Assembly: GCA_020536535.1 (NCBI GenBank)
Contig: JAHLWZ010000601.1
Location: 1 to 64,000 of the forward strand
Source of the DNA: Pelomyxa schiedti
Lineage: Eukaryota > Protista > Evosea
Direction: 5' to 3'
Length of the DNA stretch: 64,000 bases
Below the pieces are notes generated by a model. It did no database searches. It was not told the origin of the DNA and saw only the letters and a list, made by a program, of their open reading frames with translations. Shown one piece after another: positions 1 to 15,763 of the stretch (positions are counted from its first letter, which is position 1; the number at the start of each line of letters is the position of its first letter). A program made the position numbers and the translations under genes.

Positions 1-27
1 CACTTCACACCTCCAGAGAACTGTGCA

Positions 28-594
28 TCAACGTTTCATCAAGATCCAGAACCAGAGTTTTCTTTGGAGAAAAAAAAATTTTGGGAGGCAAGAGACTGAA
101 GGAGAAATTGAGACAAACATATTCAAGTGAAAAGTCACATACAATTCCGTATCTTCTGGTGGAAATAACTGCAATTTTTGAGAGTCCTCAAGGTATTTGT
201 TTCTTGGTTCAGAAGTTGACAAACAGTCACATAGGAGATCGAATTCGTCGTACTGCTGTTCCACGGCAGGTTGTTGGCAGTCAATGACTTCCTCCTGCTC
301 GCACTCCTCGTCGCAAACAGGCCTGACATTATGACACATTATTGATTCATCGGAATAAGCGCTATCGCGATGATGCAGATGAGGGTGCATTTGGGGAATT
401 TGACAAGATTCCGTGGAATGCTCGTCGTTAGGACAGCTTCGATGCAGCTTTTCCGATTTTGTGTGTCTCACTTCGGCAGATGACAGAGTCGCAACGGTGT
501 CGTCCTCGGTTTCATTTTCAGTCGACTGAGGTAAACTTGACAACGTAGGCTTGGCAATCAAAGTCGCAAAAAGTCCAGGAAGTTTCGCCCACAT
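28..594 (-). CDS. Hypothetical protein, 5' exon (gene probably continues off the window start after an intron)
   Basis: 188-aa ORF whose C-terminal part reads through a pyrimidine-rich intron-like segment (GTATGT...TCCAAAG); no recognisable motif. Confidence 0.4.
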   Translation of the reverse strand: MWAKLPGLFATLIAKPTLSSLPQSTENETEDDTVATLSSAEVRHTKSEKLHRSCPNDEHSTESCQIPQMHPHLHHRDSAYSDESIMCHNVRPVCDEECEQEEVIDCQQPAVEQQYDEFDLLCDCLSTSEPRNKYLEDSQKLQLFPPEDTELYVTFHLNMFVSISPSVSCLPKFFFLQRKLWFWILMKR

Positions 595-1063
595 CTTTTG
601 TTCTGTATTTTTTTTTCTTTAGGGATAAAAAAAAGTACGAAGAAAGCACACAGCTCGTTTGTTGTTGGGTGTTGTTAGTTTGGTTGCCAACAGGCACAAA
701 GTAACGACGATTATTCGATGTAAAACGCACCAGCAGAGTTCGTTGTCAGCATCGCGAGCCCCAGCATCTTTGGTTTGTTTTAAATGGATCGATGTTTTTT
801 TTCGTGATGAGGCACTAATTAATGTGCCGGAATTTCCTTTTTGTTTTTCAGTCCAACACCGGGGTTTCATTCCGGTTTCACAGCAACAAGAAGTTCACTT
901 CGAAGCTTTTTTTTCTCCTTGTTTGAGCTGCTTATTTTGGCTTCTTACACCCCCTTTTTGTGTTGATTGTTGGATGGTTTAACAGCAGTCTGGGCTTTCG
1001 ATTCTGAACAGATGATTGTGTTGGTGCATCACGAGGTGCTTTGGTTGGTTGTGGGATGGGGTT

Positions 1064-3504
<2,441 letters not shown>

Positions 3505-3628
3505 TTTCTGGATTTTGTTGGTTGCTCAAAAGGGAAGGATTGAGGCCAAAATTCGATGTTTTGTTTTTGCTTGTAGTCCAAACAAGGTTGGTTCTGTGTT
3601 GATGCTTCGGTGCTCCGCCGATTGTTGT

Positions 3629-4480
3629 TCAGTGGTGTCTCTTTTTGCTTCTTTCCTTTTCTTTGTTTTGGCGCTCGAGCAGCTTCTTTTGTCTGTTTGA
3701 CATTGGTCCTGTCTGTTGGAGTGTCAAGTTTGGGAGCAAAATGCTAGATTTATTTAATAATATAAACATGCATTAAGCAACAATCAAGACAAAAATATTC
3801 AAGTACACACAGGTCCAGAGGATGCAGGTTGGCTGGCTCTGTATGTTGCTAGTAGTGGAGACAAAAGTTCAGTCCATACTCTGAATCCAGCATACCCGAT
3901 AACAGGTATCCACGTCTGTTTGGGAGAAGGTACACGGCTGGAGTGTAATAGTTTTATATGCTTACCAACCAAAATATTCTGCTGAGGATAATGGTGGTGA
4001 CTTGTACAAAGACCCCAACATAAAACAGGTCAAATTCATATCTGTTAAAAACGAAATAAGAATAGCTTTTTTTTTAAATACAAAACATACTCGGTGATTC
4101 CCTTTAAAGACAGATCTGCACCACCGTTGTTGGTAAGTTCACCATGTGCATCATATGTAGGTCTTGCAGCAGCTGTAACGGTAATGAGAAAGAGGAGGTG
4201 AGGCTACTTCAAAAGTGGGGGGGGATGTAATACTGTAGAGAACGTAGAACAGGCCACCAACCAAAGACATGTTTGAGACCGACAACAGCACATACAACCA
4301 CCCAATACTCTGCCACCAAAAAATGATCCAAATGGCAAACACTCCCTAAAGGAACGTCAATTAAGCATGACACAGCACCAACAACTGGCAACGAACCATC
4401 GACGCGGACGTGATCCCAATGAGTTTGGTGCATTCACGTTTGTTTATCGCTGCTCGTTTCTTTGCCGCTTGGTTAGCCAT
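3629..4480 (-). CDS. TMEM208: TMEM208/SND2 (DUF788) membrane protein, multi-exon
   Basis: N-terminus MANQAAKKRAAINKRE, hydrophobic exons, YEFDLFYVGVFVQ exon, basic C-terminus MSNRQKKLLERQNKEKERSKKRHH*. Confidence 0.75.
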
Positions 4481-5214
4481 GCGTTTCGAATTTTTTTGAT
4501 TGCCTTTTTTTCGGTTTTGACCGAGAGTCATTGAGTTGACCGCTTGCCACCAATTCTGGGTCAGACTATTGCCTTCAAACGCAGTAAAATACAGCCCCCA
4601 TTGGTGCAGTGTCAGTTGGGGCCCGTTGAGAGACGTACAGCCACGCTGCACTGTCCCTCGAAAAAAGTACAACCACTACGCAAGGTAAACATACCCGTTG
4701 TNNNNNNNNNNNNNNNNNNNNNNNNNNNNNNNNNNNNNNNNNNNNNNNNNNNNNNNNNNNNNNNNNNNNNNNNNNNNNNNNNNNNNNNNNNNNNNNNNNN
4801 NGCAGTAAAATACAGCCCCCATTGGTGCAGTGTCAGTTGGGGCCCGTTGAGAGACGTACAGCCACGCTGCACTGTCCCTCGAAAAAAGTACAACCACTAC
4901 GCAAGGTAAACATACCCGTTGTGGAGTTTGGTCGATGTGGGAGAGCAGGAGCTCCCGCTTTTTATCTGGTTGATTGATTGGCTCAACCTTTTTACCTGAT
5001 CTACCTGCAGCACACCTGTAACTATGTTTCCCACCGATTGCCCAGGGCATATCCAATCTCTGTAACATTGTGAGGACTTTTCACGCAAACAGGGACGTTG
5101 GGGTAACTGATTACCAACAAAACCAATGGCTCATCACCACAGGGTCTGGATAGGATAATTTAATTAGCCAAAGTTGGTTTTGAATGCAATCAAAAAAAAA
5201 GTCTTGAGGGCAAG

Positions 5215-6777
5215 ATGGTGAGTTATTACGACGAATACGACGAAGATGTGTTTGATGAGACCAGGGAAGAAGTCGATGATGTGCAGAAAGTGGTGGACGA
5301 GGCTAAAAGTACCCCTCGTTTATCTTTGGAAGTGCCACAGTGTTGGCTGTGCGATGCCCCTAGATTCCGAGTTCAGTGTAAACTTACAGCGCCTATTCTA
5401 CACCTCGATAAGACAATTGTAGAGGGCTCTTGGACAATGAATAGAAAGACAAAGAGACGGCAGGTGAAGATTTCAGTCTTGTCTCAGCTTTGTCCCGATG
5501 GAGACCCACAACCACTTGTTCGAAAGGCCTTCCTGGTTCTTTCAACAACACAAGCCAGGTTAGTGTGCAGATGTGTGTCTCTCAAGAAAGTCTTGGAAGG
5601 GATCACACAAGCTTTCACCAACTCCACAGAAGTAACATGCATCAGTGAGTTCTTCAGAAGGATTGGCGACCTGAAAATTGAAGTTTCCCTGGATGCTGCC
5701 ATTAACTTTGGTTGTAAACCTGCAGTGCAACTAAACCTGCTGCATATCACTGTAGGAAGAATCTTGATGTTTAGGCTGACTACTACAGTTCACCAAGTCC
5801 AAAACGAGAGTGGGGTGTGCAAAGCACATACCCAAATACAGGGGGACGGCCATCCTTCCCATCCTGCACTCGTTGGCACGAAAACAAAGTACAAACTACC
5901 ATCACCACAAACCACAAGGTACTTTGAAGCCAAAATTGAGGTTGCATGGCCCCAGCTCCTGGGCGTTTTGGAGGATTATGGACAAGAGGTTGTCGCAGCC
6001 ACTTTGAGAAGGATAGGAAGCATTCCTATCTTAAAACTCCAAGATAGTACTTTCAGGATTGAGCTTTCTCTCAGAGTGGGTGGTTCAGACTCAAAATTTT
6101 CATTGAACCATTTTTTTGTTGAAGTTTGCAATGTAGAAGTATTTGGAGTACCCTTGAGCTTGCAAGCTGCATTCACTGGTGGAGATGAAAGCACTTCAAA
6201 GCGGCTATTTCTGACACTCAAACACCCACCTGAACTACCAATAACAAGCCTTCATGACATGATTTCAGAGGCCGCCAAAGATCTTTCCATCAGTGATCTG
6301 GATACAAAGCTCCCCAGGCCAGTCAGGACAATACTGCAGAAAATTTTCCTGAAGAACTATCAATTGGCTGTATGTCTAGCAACAGATTCCACATATAGCT
6401 TTGTGTTTTCCATTGTGGCTTCTGTCAAAATTTCCTCTGGTTCAACTGAATGCACTGCAACTGTTGCTCACTTATGCAAATGGACACTCCTTGAAGTCAA
6501 CTTTGAACCAGGTCTCTCCCTGGCCACCATTCTGTACAGCCTCTTGTCAGGCACCCCTCAGCAGGACCTTGAACATGAGAAAGTGGAGGGGGATGGACCT
6601 GCTGGCTTTGATTTAGCTCTAAACAAGTTTGAGTGTTGTTTTGGACCAGGACTTGGTGGACTGCCCACTCAACTGACAAATGACTTTCCTCTTTTCACAC
6701 AACCTTCCTTCAGCACTGAGAGTTGTGCAACAACCACCACTGCTTCAATATCTGAACACTCACACAATTCGTCATGA
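5215..6777 (+). CDS. Uncharacterised beta-rich protein with acidic N-terminus (paralogue A1)
   Basis: Intronless 520-aa ORF; shares LEVPQCWLCD..R, AFLVLSTT.ARLVC, F.LNHF.VEV..V.VFGVPLSLQAAF and GFDL.L.KFE blocks with ORFs at 15764-17923 and 43682-47044. Confidence 0.8.
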   Translation: MVSYYDEYDEDVFDETREEVDDVQKVVDEAKSTPRLSLEVPQCWLCDAPRFRVQCKLTAPILHLDKTIVEGSWTMNRKTKRRQVKISVLSQLCPDGDPQPLVRKAFLVLSTTQARLVCRCVSLKKVLEGITQAFTNSTEVTCISEFFRRIGDLKIEVSLDAAINFGCKPAVQLNLLHITVGRILMFRLTTTVHQVQNESGVCKAHTQIQGDGHPSHPALVGTKTKYKLPSPQTTRYFEAKIEVAWPQLLGVLEDYGQEVVAATLRRIGSIPILKLQDSTFRIELSLRVGGSDSKFSLNHFFVEVCNVEVFGVPLSLQAAFTGGDESTSKRLFLTLKHPPELPITSLHDMISEAAKDLSISDLDTKLPRPVRTILQKIFLKNYQLAVCLATDSTYSFVFSIVASVKISSGSTECTATVAHLCKWTLLEVNFEPGLSLATILYSLLSGTPQQDLEHEKVEGDGPAGFDLALNKFECCFGPGLGGLPTQLTNDFPLFTQPSFSTESCATTTTASISEHSHNSS

Positions 6778-7158
6778 ATCCATGTTTGGGGGTCAAACTA
6801 AGTGTGCCAAAAAACGTATCAAAATTCGTTTTCGTGTTGTCCCAATCTCAACCTCCAGGCAACCAGGGGGATCAGTAACTTGAAGTTGTTGTCAAAGTTC
6901 CCCCCATTTACAGCTGAGACTGTTTCAAAATACACTTAATACCTCCTAAGGCCCTGCTTGCCCGTGGTTGTGTTGATGGGTGTTGTTGAGCATTGCCCAA
7001 GGAGCCCTGTTGGTGTGCGCAGAACCCTGCTGTTCACGAAAAAAATCCACTTTTCCCTAACGGTGAAATTGTGCTATCCAACTCACAAAGAGATTGAAGG
7101 GAGATTTTTTCTCTTTTTCTTAGAATTAAAAAGCAGGGTTGCGAAGTACGAGGAGAAC

Positions 7159-10100
7159 ATGCGCAGTAGCGGCTATGTTATTCGCGACGTTCTGAGCGCC
7201 GTGGGGTCGAAATGGCAACCGTCGACGTCACCACCGGGCACCCCGGCGCCGAACACGGATGCTGCGTCTGCCACGATACGGCTGCTGAGGCAGGTGGCTC
7301 TCGACGCGCTTGGCAAAGATTGCCCGGACGCAGCACACGTCGCCCTGCGCGCCTGTTGCGCTTTATCTCGGAAGAGCGGCGACCGTGAGGGTGCCGTCAT
7401 GGCAGAGAAGCTGCTGGAGAAGATCAACACTGACACCGTGGAGAAGTACACGAAACACTTGTTCGCCGTCGTGGCCAACGGCACAACTCCCCACTTGCAG
7501 TTCACCGAGTCGTTTGTGATGCCGAGCCAGGGGATGGTCCTCGGTCTGTTCCTCACGTTTCTCGGCGAGGTTCTGCCGGATGTGGCCAGGGGCGGGCGCT
7601 GCCCGGTCGACTTCACCGTGGTGCCTGGGTGGGAACCAGCGCTGAGGACCGCATGCGACGTCATGGAACAGTGGGCTCACGCCCTGCTCGCAGTCGAGCA
7701 ACTCGCCTTCCTCCCGTGCACAGACGAGGTGTGCCATGCGTTTGCCATTTGTGTGGCTAATTCCCAATTCAGGATCTGAATGCTGGAATTGACAGATTGG
7801 CACGCATTGCAGCAGGCAGCGTTGCTGCAATGACCGTAAGTACAAACGCTATGTTGATTTTGCCTTGTGGAGTCTCTGCCAGAGCCGAAGAGGGGAGCCG
7901 CATGGAAATGATTTCTGGCTTCTTTCCATCAGCAGCAATAGTTCTCCCACAACGGACGTCTGGCCTGCACTGGGTCCAAATAAGTGGTTGCACTCCATGT
8001 AGCGTCCACTACCACCAGATCATTACCCACCCCACCAAGTGTAAGATGATTACAGGCCTCGACATTTGCGATGTTCCGCCTGCAAATGTATCATTCGAGC
8101 TCCTTCGCATGATTTTCTGCCTGCAAATCCACCCACTCTTCACTTCAGAGGCCCTGTACCAGGTCGTCCTGGCAAAGCTCAATGGGCTGACAGAGTACAG
8201 AGGGGAAAAGGCAGAGACATCCAAGGCCCACCGGTGCACCATGTTTTCCCAGTCGTGGTGTGTGGTAAAAAGCGTGTTATTCTGGATTATGGTGACGCTT
8301 CTGGGAGGAGAAAAAGGCAGAACACTGTACAAACAAGCACTCTTGTGCTACGAGCTCTTCCTGCTCCATAACCTGAGAACCATCAACGAGAGGCAGCACT
8401 GCGGTGTTGACTCGGAGGTTGGGTTCCTCCTCTCCGAGCTCTGCGAGAAGATCGCGCACAACTCGTGCTCCTCATTTTGCCACTGCATCCACGGGAACGT
8501 TATCCCCGACCTGCAGCGCGCGCAGGACGATCTGGAAAGGTTCCGCACCGCCAACCTGGATGTGGTGCGATCTTCTCGTTTCATCTCACATCATCCCTTG
8601 CATTCTTTTGCGCTTCCACCTGTGCCTGTTGATATCCCAGGTGCTCACTTTACACGTAGCCAAGCAGTCGTGTCGAGTGTCAGCAACATAATGGAGCCAC
8701 CACTCAAACTGTTATCTTTATCCCCCCGACAGAGCTGTGTGCAGCACCTGTGGGCCTTTGATGAGTTCGCAAAGCGAGAGATGGGTGTGTATCACATCAA
8801 TTCTGTGTATCACGTTTCATATGAGATCGAAGCCGTCGTCATGACTGTCTGTTCTCAGAAACGTGGGCTTGCCTCCTGGTATGACGGCGACGGAACCTCC
8901 GCCGACATTGACAAAACGGCGGAGCTTCTTTGCGGAATTGGGGATCTGTATTACAGTCTGTGCTGGCAAATTGCTGCTCATACCGAGCCGGGCTCACAGT
9001 GCGAGCCCACGCATTACACCAAGTACGTTACCATCTCGTTCGCCATCTGCGCCATGCTCGATGTCTTGGCAAGAAAACACAAATGCACAGCAGCGGCAAT
9101 GAAAGACAGGGTCGTGAGCACCTCCCTTGGAGGGAACCCCGGGCTCTTGAACCTATGGAGAAGGTTCATCGTTGTTGACATGGGTATTTCCAAACTGTTG
9201 CATCAGGTCGTGCAGTATCTCGAACCAAACGGTTTGTGCCCCCCTCTTCTTCCCCGACGTCCCTCTCCCCCTTTCTGTGCCTCTCAGTTATTCAATGGCA
9301 ATTATCTGATAATAGGACCACCTTAGGAAGGAAGCAGCTCTTTCATCATGATGATTCCTCCATCAGTCGGCTTACAATTTACCTGCACGAAACTGATGAA
9401 AACGTGAAGTGTGCCAAATCCATTGCCCAAGCTGCCAATACATATGAGAAAATGGAACACGATTTCCCAAGTAAATGTGGAAAGAAACTTTCTAGGAATT
9501 ACTAAAAATCCTTTCTCTGCCACCCAGATGAAAGAACGCAAAAGTGGGTGAAGTTGTTTGCTGGAGACACTTATTTACCCAAAGTGTTCTGTACCCTCCG
9601 CAATATGGCGTACCTTGCTCAGCTCTCCTTGGCTGGCTTTCCTGCTGAGCACGTTTGTGGCACCCAACAACAACTCAAAAGAATGGAGAAAAGCCCCAAA
9701 AAGTTTGAGCAACCACACTTCATTCTGGAGATCAACAATTCTGGTGAGTACTTTTCCTTGAGGGACACGATTTCCTGGTTGCTGACTGTAGACACTTACT
9801 CGGTGGGCCATGGTGCTGGGTATTCACCCCCAAAGGGGAAGGAACAGTACCAGAGGCTCTTGTTCAATCCAGACATCATAAAGAACAACGCCTCATACTC
9901 AGAGAATGACATCATTGCAACGCAGGAACTGGCTCCACAAGAACTGTCTCGGGCGCAATACTTCAGTCTGGGATTCATCAGATCAGACCCACACCTGACC
10001 CTCAACAGGCTCTTCATAGCACTCAAGACAGGAGAACTGATGCTTGAGTGTGAGGAGCACTGCTGCATTGTGAAGCAGTCTCTTTTCGAGATTTTTGAGT

Positions 10101-11116
10101 TTTGTCACTCAAGCCAGGGGAGCAGTGACAAAGAGCCATACTTGGCACACAGGCTCAAGAATGAGGTCTTTGCGACAGCATTTGTTGATCTGTTTCTTGG
10201 GCAAGGAATCCCCCTCTTGTCAGGGATTGAGCAATACAGGTGGCTTTCCCTCCCGCAACCCCAATAACCTTTCATATTTAGGACAATGGGCAACGTCCTG
10301 GACCTGTTGATTGGGATTCACACATTCGGCTCCCCTTCATTGATGGAGCATATTGCAAGCTATCTGACAGGACTGCGGCGTGCCCTTCAAAAATGGCTGG
10401 CGGTCAACGCTGATATAATAAAGCAGGGAGACAGCAACAACGAGAGGAACATACTGAGCATCATGCAGGCGTATCTGATTCTGACGTTCTCTTGCACAAC
10501 TCCGTTTTCCGGCATCAAGACCAGCGAATGGAAGCAGATCGTGTCTGCCAGGATTGACATTGAAGAGAACGCGAGACTTAAAGTTCTCCTGCCTGCCCAC
10601 CTTTACCAGAAGGTCATGGCCCTTTTCTTTCAGTGGCATGAGCATATTTATTCCTTGATGAAGAAAAACCAGAAGGACGAAGTGATAACTGCCCCAGGAC
10701 CATGCTCTAGAAGTACATGGGAGTGTTCAAGCTTTACATTTGGCTGCTGCGTTTACACAAGGGCACCTTTTACAGTCGATTTTCTGCAAGGGAAAGTCTA
10801 CAAGAACAACCTTCCCATAGGTGGGCTGCCTAGAACCATCAACAGGCATCCCGATTATATAACATGTTTTGGGACCAACGTGTTTTTGGCAGAGAGAGCA
10901 ATTCGTTTGGTGGGTTCCACTGAAGTGGTCTGCTTTGAGAGCCGAGACACACAGTCTTCCAGATTTCACTATCGCATAACAGCAATGGGAGACACCTCCC
11001 AAAACCTGTGGATTGAAGAGAGGCCAGTTGGCATGGGTGAAACCAGCTTCCTGACCTTTGTCCCACGGTGCAGGCTAGAAGGATGGATTCCAAAGGTGCT
11101 GGTTGAGTCATACACC
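7159..11116 (+). CDS. 5' part of a giant DUF3638/DUF3645-family gene (paralogue G1), truncated by a scaffold gap
   Basis: Exon ORFs 6958-7779, 7797-9326, 9548-10267 and 10286 onward are colinear with and highly similar to 19713-23660 (e.g. KVLVESYT end, same intron positions). Confidence 0.8.
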
Positions 11117-11216
11117 NNNNNNNNNNNNNNNNNNNNNNNNNNNNNNNNNNNNNNNNNNNNNNNNNNNNNNNNNNNNNNNNNNNNNNNNNNNNNNNNNNNN
11201 NNNNNNNNNNNNNNNN

Positions 11217-12345
11217 ACCTGGACACAGGAGCTCCAATCTTCAATTTATACTGTCAGGCTACAGGAGCTGCTCTGAACTACAAGAATACAGAAGTCCTGG
11301 CAGCCCACCCCCCACAGGCTAAAGATAACATCAACTGTGTGGCCAGTACAGACAGTAACAAAGTACAAATACCTTGGCATCCTTAGTGGCCACATCTCCG
11401 CTCTAGAAAGAATTGAACCAATGATCAACAAGACCCAGTGAAGGGCTCAAGACATTATACCCAAAGTCCTTGGCCACCAACATTTACATCCACTCAATCC
11501 TTCAATACCAATGCCGTTTTGAAATTTTCTCTCCAAGTCAAGTCTGGCATCCATACATGACCAAAAATTTACACTTCCTCACTCCATCCAACTGCACATC
11601 ACTGGAACACTTGACGGCCCTCACGAAACAAGGAGGCTTGGCAACACCCCTGCTGGATACACAGTGGTGGAATGTTGCAGTGGCCATCTCAGGATATCAG
11701 AACCCCAACCAGCATAATCCTCTCATCAAAGATGACACAACCCGGGTCTGGGAGATAGAAACTCTGAATAAGCATCTCCCATGGCACCTATCTTCTCCCA
11801 CAGACATCTATCGGAGCATATGCAAAAAGCACCCAATTAAGCCTTTGCACCATGACTACAACACCGTCAGCAACCACTGGCAAGACTTAATAAGGGACCT
11901 CCACACCCCAGGCATCCCCCACTCAACCTGGGACCAAGCCCTCTGGGTTGCAACCAACATGAAACCGCCTAACAATCGCATGGCCCATGTATGCAAAGTC
12001 GCTCCGACTTGCAGGCATGGATGTGATTCACCGGAGACAGTAAAACACATCCTTAACAGGTGCCAACATAATTCGGAACTCCGGCAAGAACTGAAACTGA
12101 ACCCAATGAAGACCCTCAACATAATTCCCAACTCCCCAGACTCAGCCAAATCTGCAGCCAAAACCATCATAGGGCTATATAATTTCCACACCTCAACACT
12201 CCCGGGGGAACTAGCGCGTGTGGAAGTCTGTGGGGCACTGGGTTTACCAACCCAGGCCAAATTCCAAACAACCACCATCATTCACCCAAGATTTGAATAC
12301 AATCCACCTTAAAGGCTTCATGCAGGAAGTAAATTTAATAAATGC
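11217..12345 (+). mobile_element. Non-LTR retrotransposon (LINE) 3' fragment, degenerate
   Basis: ORF 11470-12312 contains the zf-RVT-type motif PTCRHGCDSPETVKHILNRC and a GGLATP motif; stops upstream; AT-rich tail after the stop. Confidence 0.7.
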
Positions 12346-12815
12346 CCAGTTGTGTGGGCTTACCCCCAATTGTAGCAAATAATCTTAATTTCTTTTCCCT
12401 CTGGCTTTGGCACCCTCTGGAACCACACTACCAGACACAGCCACTACGAAGAGTTCCTTTACGGCTAAAAATAGACCTTTTTTTTTGGTCCTTCTTCTAT
12501 TGGATAGATGTCTTCCAAGAGTTTTTTTGCCCAGTGGGCAATGGATATTCGGTTTTCGAATAGGATTTTTGGCTATTCGTTATTCGCGCAGCTTTGGCTG
12601 ACAGCATTGCCCTGCGTGTCACGCGTTTAAACGCATTAGATCTTTGTAAGGATCTTTGTCGAGAATAGTAGTTCACTGTTTTAGTAAGTCTAAGTACGAC
12701 ACCTAGAGCTATTCTAGTGGTCTGTTGATTAACACTCATCTTTTTGTTCTGCCCCGACCCCACATGGTTTGGCCTCTTATAGTTGGCACCACTGAGGTTT
12801 TTTTAGACCTACTTT

Positions 12816-15688
12816 TCAATTCAAGGCAAACTTTCGTGCCACAGATTTGATGACCCAGCAGCACTGTTTTCCACTGGAGTCACGTCGCACATTCAGAGAC
12901 GTTCTTTTCACGATGTCACCAAACGGTGTTCCAGTGGGAGCGCTGGTTAACGCTGTTCAATTTATGTCAGCTGCTTTGGCATAATGAAATTCTGAACCTT
13001 GTATGAAATGCCTGGTGAAAAGTCCACTTTTTGGTGACTGCACTGATGCAGCTGCTGACTGAGCAGCAGGATCCTTAGTTGAACTTCTGGAAATCACGAC
13101 ATAGTATCCACTTGGCCTACAATTTCGAGCCAGGTTGTATCTGACATTGGCACAATCGAAAGCTGGAGCATGCTGGGTCTAGTGGAAATTGAGTGACAAG
13201 AAGTGAGCACAACATACCTGCTCATTGGCATTTTCTTCTTCTTCTTGGGAGTGCACAGGGGCATCCAGCACGACAACGACGATGTGAGACTTTGCAATCA
13301 AATTATTGACAACCCTTTGGATTTCGACGAGCGGAATGGCCCTCTGACCGGCATAATATACAAAGGATGCAATCTGATGGTTGGAGGGAACAAGTTGAAG
13401 AAAAAAAGACAGCGAGTCATGTTTACAAACCAGTTTTGTGTCTGAACAGGGAAGTTTACCAAGGAAGTTCTGAAGGCCCTCTGTTTCCCAGTTCGGCTCT
13501 CTTCCTTCTGTGACTTTGATCTGAGGAGTCCCTTGGAGCACCTGAGGAGAAGGCACATGAGGAGAAAAGAAAGGCGAAACCCATTGAACAATACATCGCA
13601 AAGCCCAGGCGAACCAACAACAAGTGCCGACACATCAAAACCGAATTCAGTAAGACTCCTAACTCCTGTCTTATGTGAGTACATTAATGCAAGTGGACTT
13701 GGTGCTCACTTATGGTATGACGCACAACGAAGTTTACAGCGTCACTGGAAAGCTGGGAGTCTCCTTCAACGACTCTATAGCCATCAACATTGTGAAGCAG
13801 TTGGCGGAGCTTTCCTGCATCGTCTCTGTGGACGTGAATAATTGGTTTTTGTGTGGGATAGTGCTGAATGGTCCGAGGTCCCAAAGTTGCCTTGGAAGAT
13901 GCCTATGGGTATGGGGAAAAAAAAATGGAAAGAGGTGATAGAAGAAGGTCTCACCAGTGAAATATTTGTGTGAGATACTAGATGTGGCCGCAACGAGTTC
14001 TGAGCCTGTCGACTACTAATAGTGGTGCTCTCACCCAAAGGAGCCTGGTTTCGGTGCATTCTTTCCAAGGTTTCTTTCTGCAATAGTGACAATTGAATGA
14101 AGTCCTGTTGTGTCACTGGGATTTTTACTTTGTTCCTCACCGAGTCCGCAATCCATAAATGCTTCTTCAAAATTTCCTTGCGCTCTTGCTTGGAGTTGCA
14201 ACCAAGCTGGTTCATTTGCACACGGAGATTGAGAATGAGGAAGTCGAAAACTTTGTTGTGCTGGTCTCGTGTTTTCCACATAGCATATGGGAGAACAAGG
14301 AGGTCGAAAGGGTGTGACTCGTCCCTGTCACACGAAATTGCCACCACATGCAGCACTTCGCTGAGTTGTTTCCGGCGCCTATCTGAAAGTAATCCCCCAC
14401 AGAGCACATGCTCATAGGCATTGATTGTCTCAGTCGAACTTGACAGGGAAGACACATAATCATCCAGCTCTTCCAGGAGCCTGCCTACCTCAGACTTGTC
14501 TCTTTTATTACCGGTTCTCCACCCCCCCTGGATATTACCCTTATTTTGGTTCATAAACTGGTGAAGTGATACAATATCGGCAAAATCCAAAGCGGGCATA
14601 TCATTGTCTGGGTGGATGGGTGGATGTGGTGGCCTGGTTTCCAAGTTGTACATCTTCATCTTGTCTGTTATTGGGTCCAGCAACACCCTGAGTAAGAACC
14701 TATCGAAGAGTGCTACCTGGCTGGCATCCATTGGAACCTCATTGGTGGCAGCAAACACTGTGTGTAACGGAAGCTGAATACACTGGGTTCCGTCATAGAA
14801 CTCCCTCTCATTGAGAACTGGCAGGAGCACACTCAGCACCTGTCTCTGGGCTTTGAATATTTCGTCAACAAACGCAAAGAGAGTCTCCTTCCCGCATAAC
14901 TTATTGTCCTTAGAGCGGACATAGATATTTTTATCCAGTTCCTTCAAGTCGATAGTACCAACCAGGTCATCCAACGTAGTTCCTGCATGTACCACAATGT
15001 TGAAGAACCTCTTTTTGCCTGTATTTGTGCGGTCCGTCTTTATGACCTTGCAGAGTTCTTTACAAACAAAGCTTTTTCCAGTCCCAGGTGGGCCAAACAG
15101 TAGCACGTGCTGTCGGCACAGAACTCCCAGCAAACAAACCTTTACTGCCTCATCACGTTCGACGAAGAGTTTGGTTACATGCCGCAAAAGCTTCCCCATC
15201 CTTTTACGAAAGTGTCCCCTTGACCACCCTGTGGCAACTGGGAAATTCGTGACAACGTTCCATTCTTCCTGGTTCCTAGGTGGAACTTGGGGTTCTTCTT
15301 CTTTTTTGGTCTCGCTCGCGCTCTCGCTGGCGCTCGCGCCACTGTTGCCGTCAGAGAGCGCAGAGAGGATAGCAGACGCGACGGCTTTCGCAGTGTCTGT
15401 CGCCGCACTGGTGATCGAGGCTGTCATGGCGTGAACCACAGCAGCGCCTATAGCTTTGGTGACCGCATCGGCGACGGCAATAGCCACGGCGTTCGCACCT
15501 TCACAGTTGCCGGTCACTCCACCGCCCTTTCCTGGAATCGGCAGTGTCAAGAGGGCGGGTGTTGTCGCCTCTGTCTGGGGCTTGTCATCGCGCGACGTGG
15601 AACTGGTGGACTGTAACGGGGGGGTTGGAACAGGGCTGGGCGAGGTCGCCGCAGATGTTTCAGGGTTACTTGTGTTGTTCTCGTACAT
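12816..15688 (-). CDS. RavA/MoxR-type AAA+ ATPase fused to a C-terminal inactive caspase-like (peptidase C14) domain, multi-exon
   Basis: AAA+: VERDEAV, LLFGPPGTGKS (Walker A), FVDEIFKA (Walker B), LNEREF, AATNE, ALFDRFLLR, LSDRR. Downstream exons give SALVVG, IASFVYYAGQR, VVVLDAP, GYYVVIS, SGLFTRHFIQ and TGTPFGDIVKRTSLNVRRDSSGKQCCWVIKSVARKFALN* (TGA at 12816-12818). Confidence 0.8.
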
Positions 15689-15763
15689 TCAGGGTTTCTC
15701 AAAAGACAAAAAAGAATCAGTTCTGATAATTTTCACCTTCATGTTTTCACCACTAAACCAACT

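Noticed and set aside
4582-4921. About 120-bp direct repeat and ORFs spanning it
   Set aside because: Same gap-flanking artefact; the surrounding ORFs have no recognisable motif
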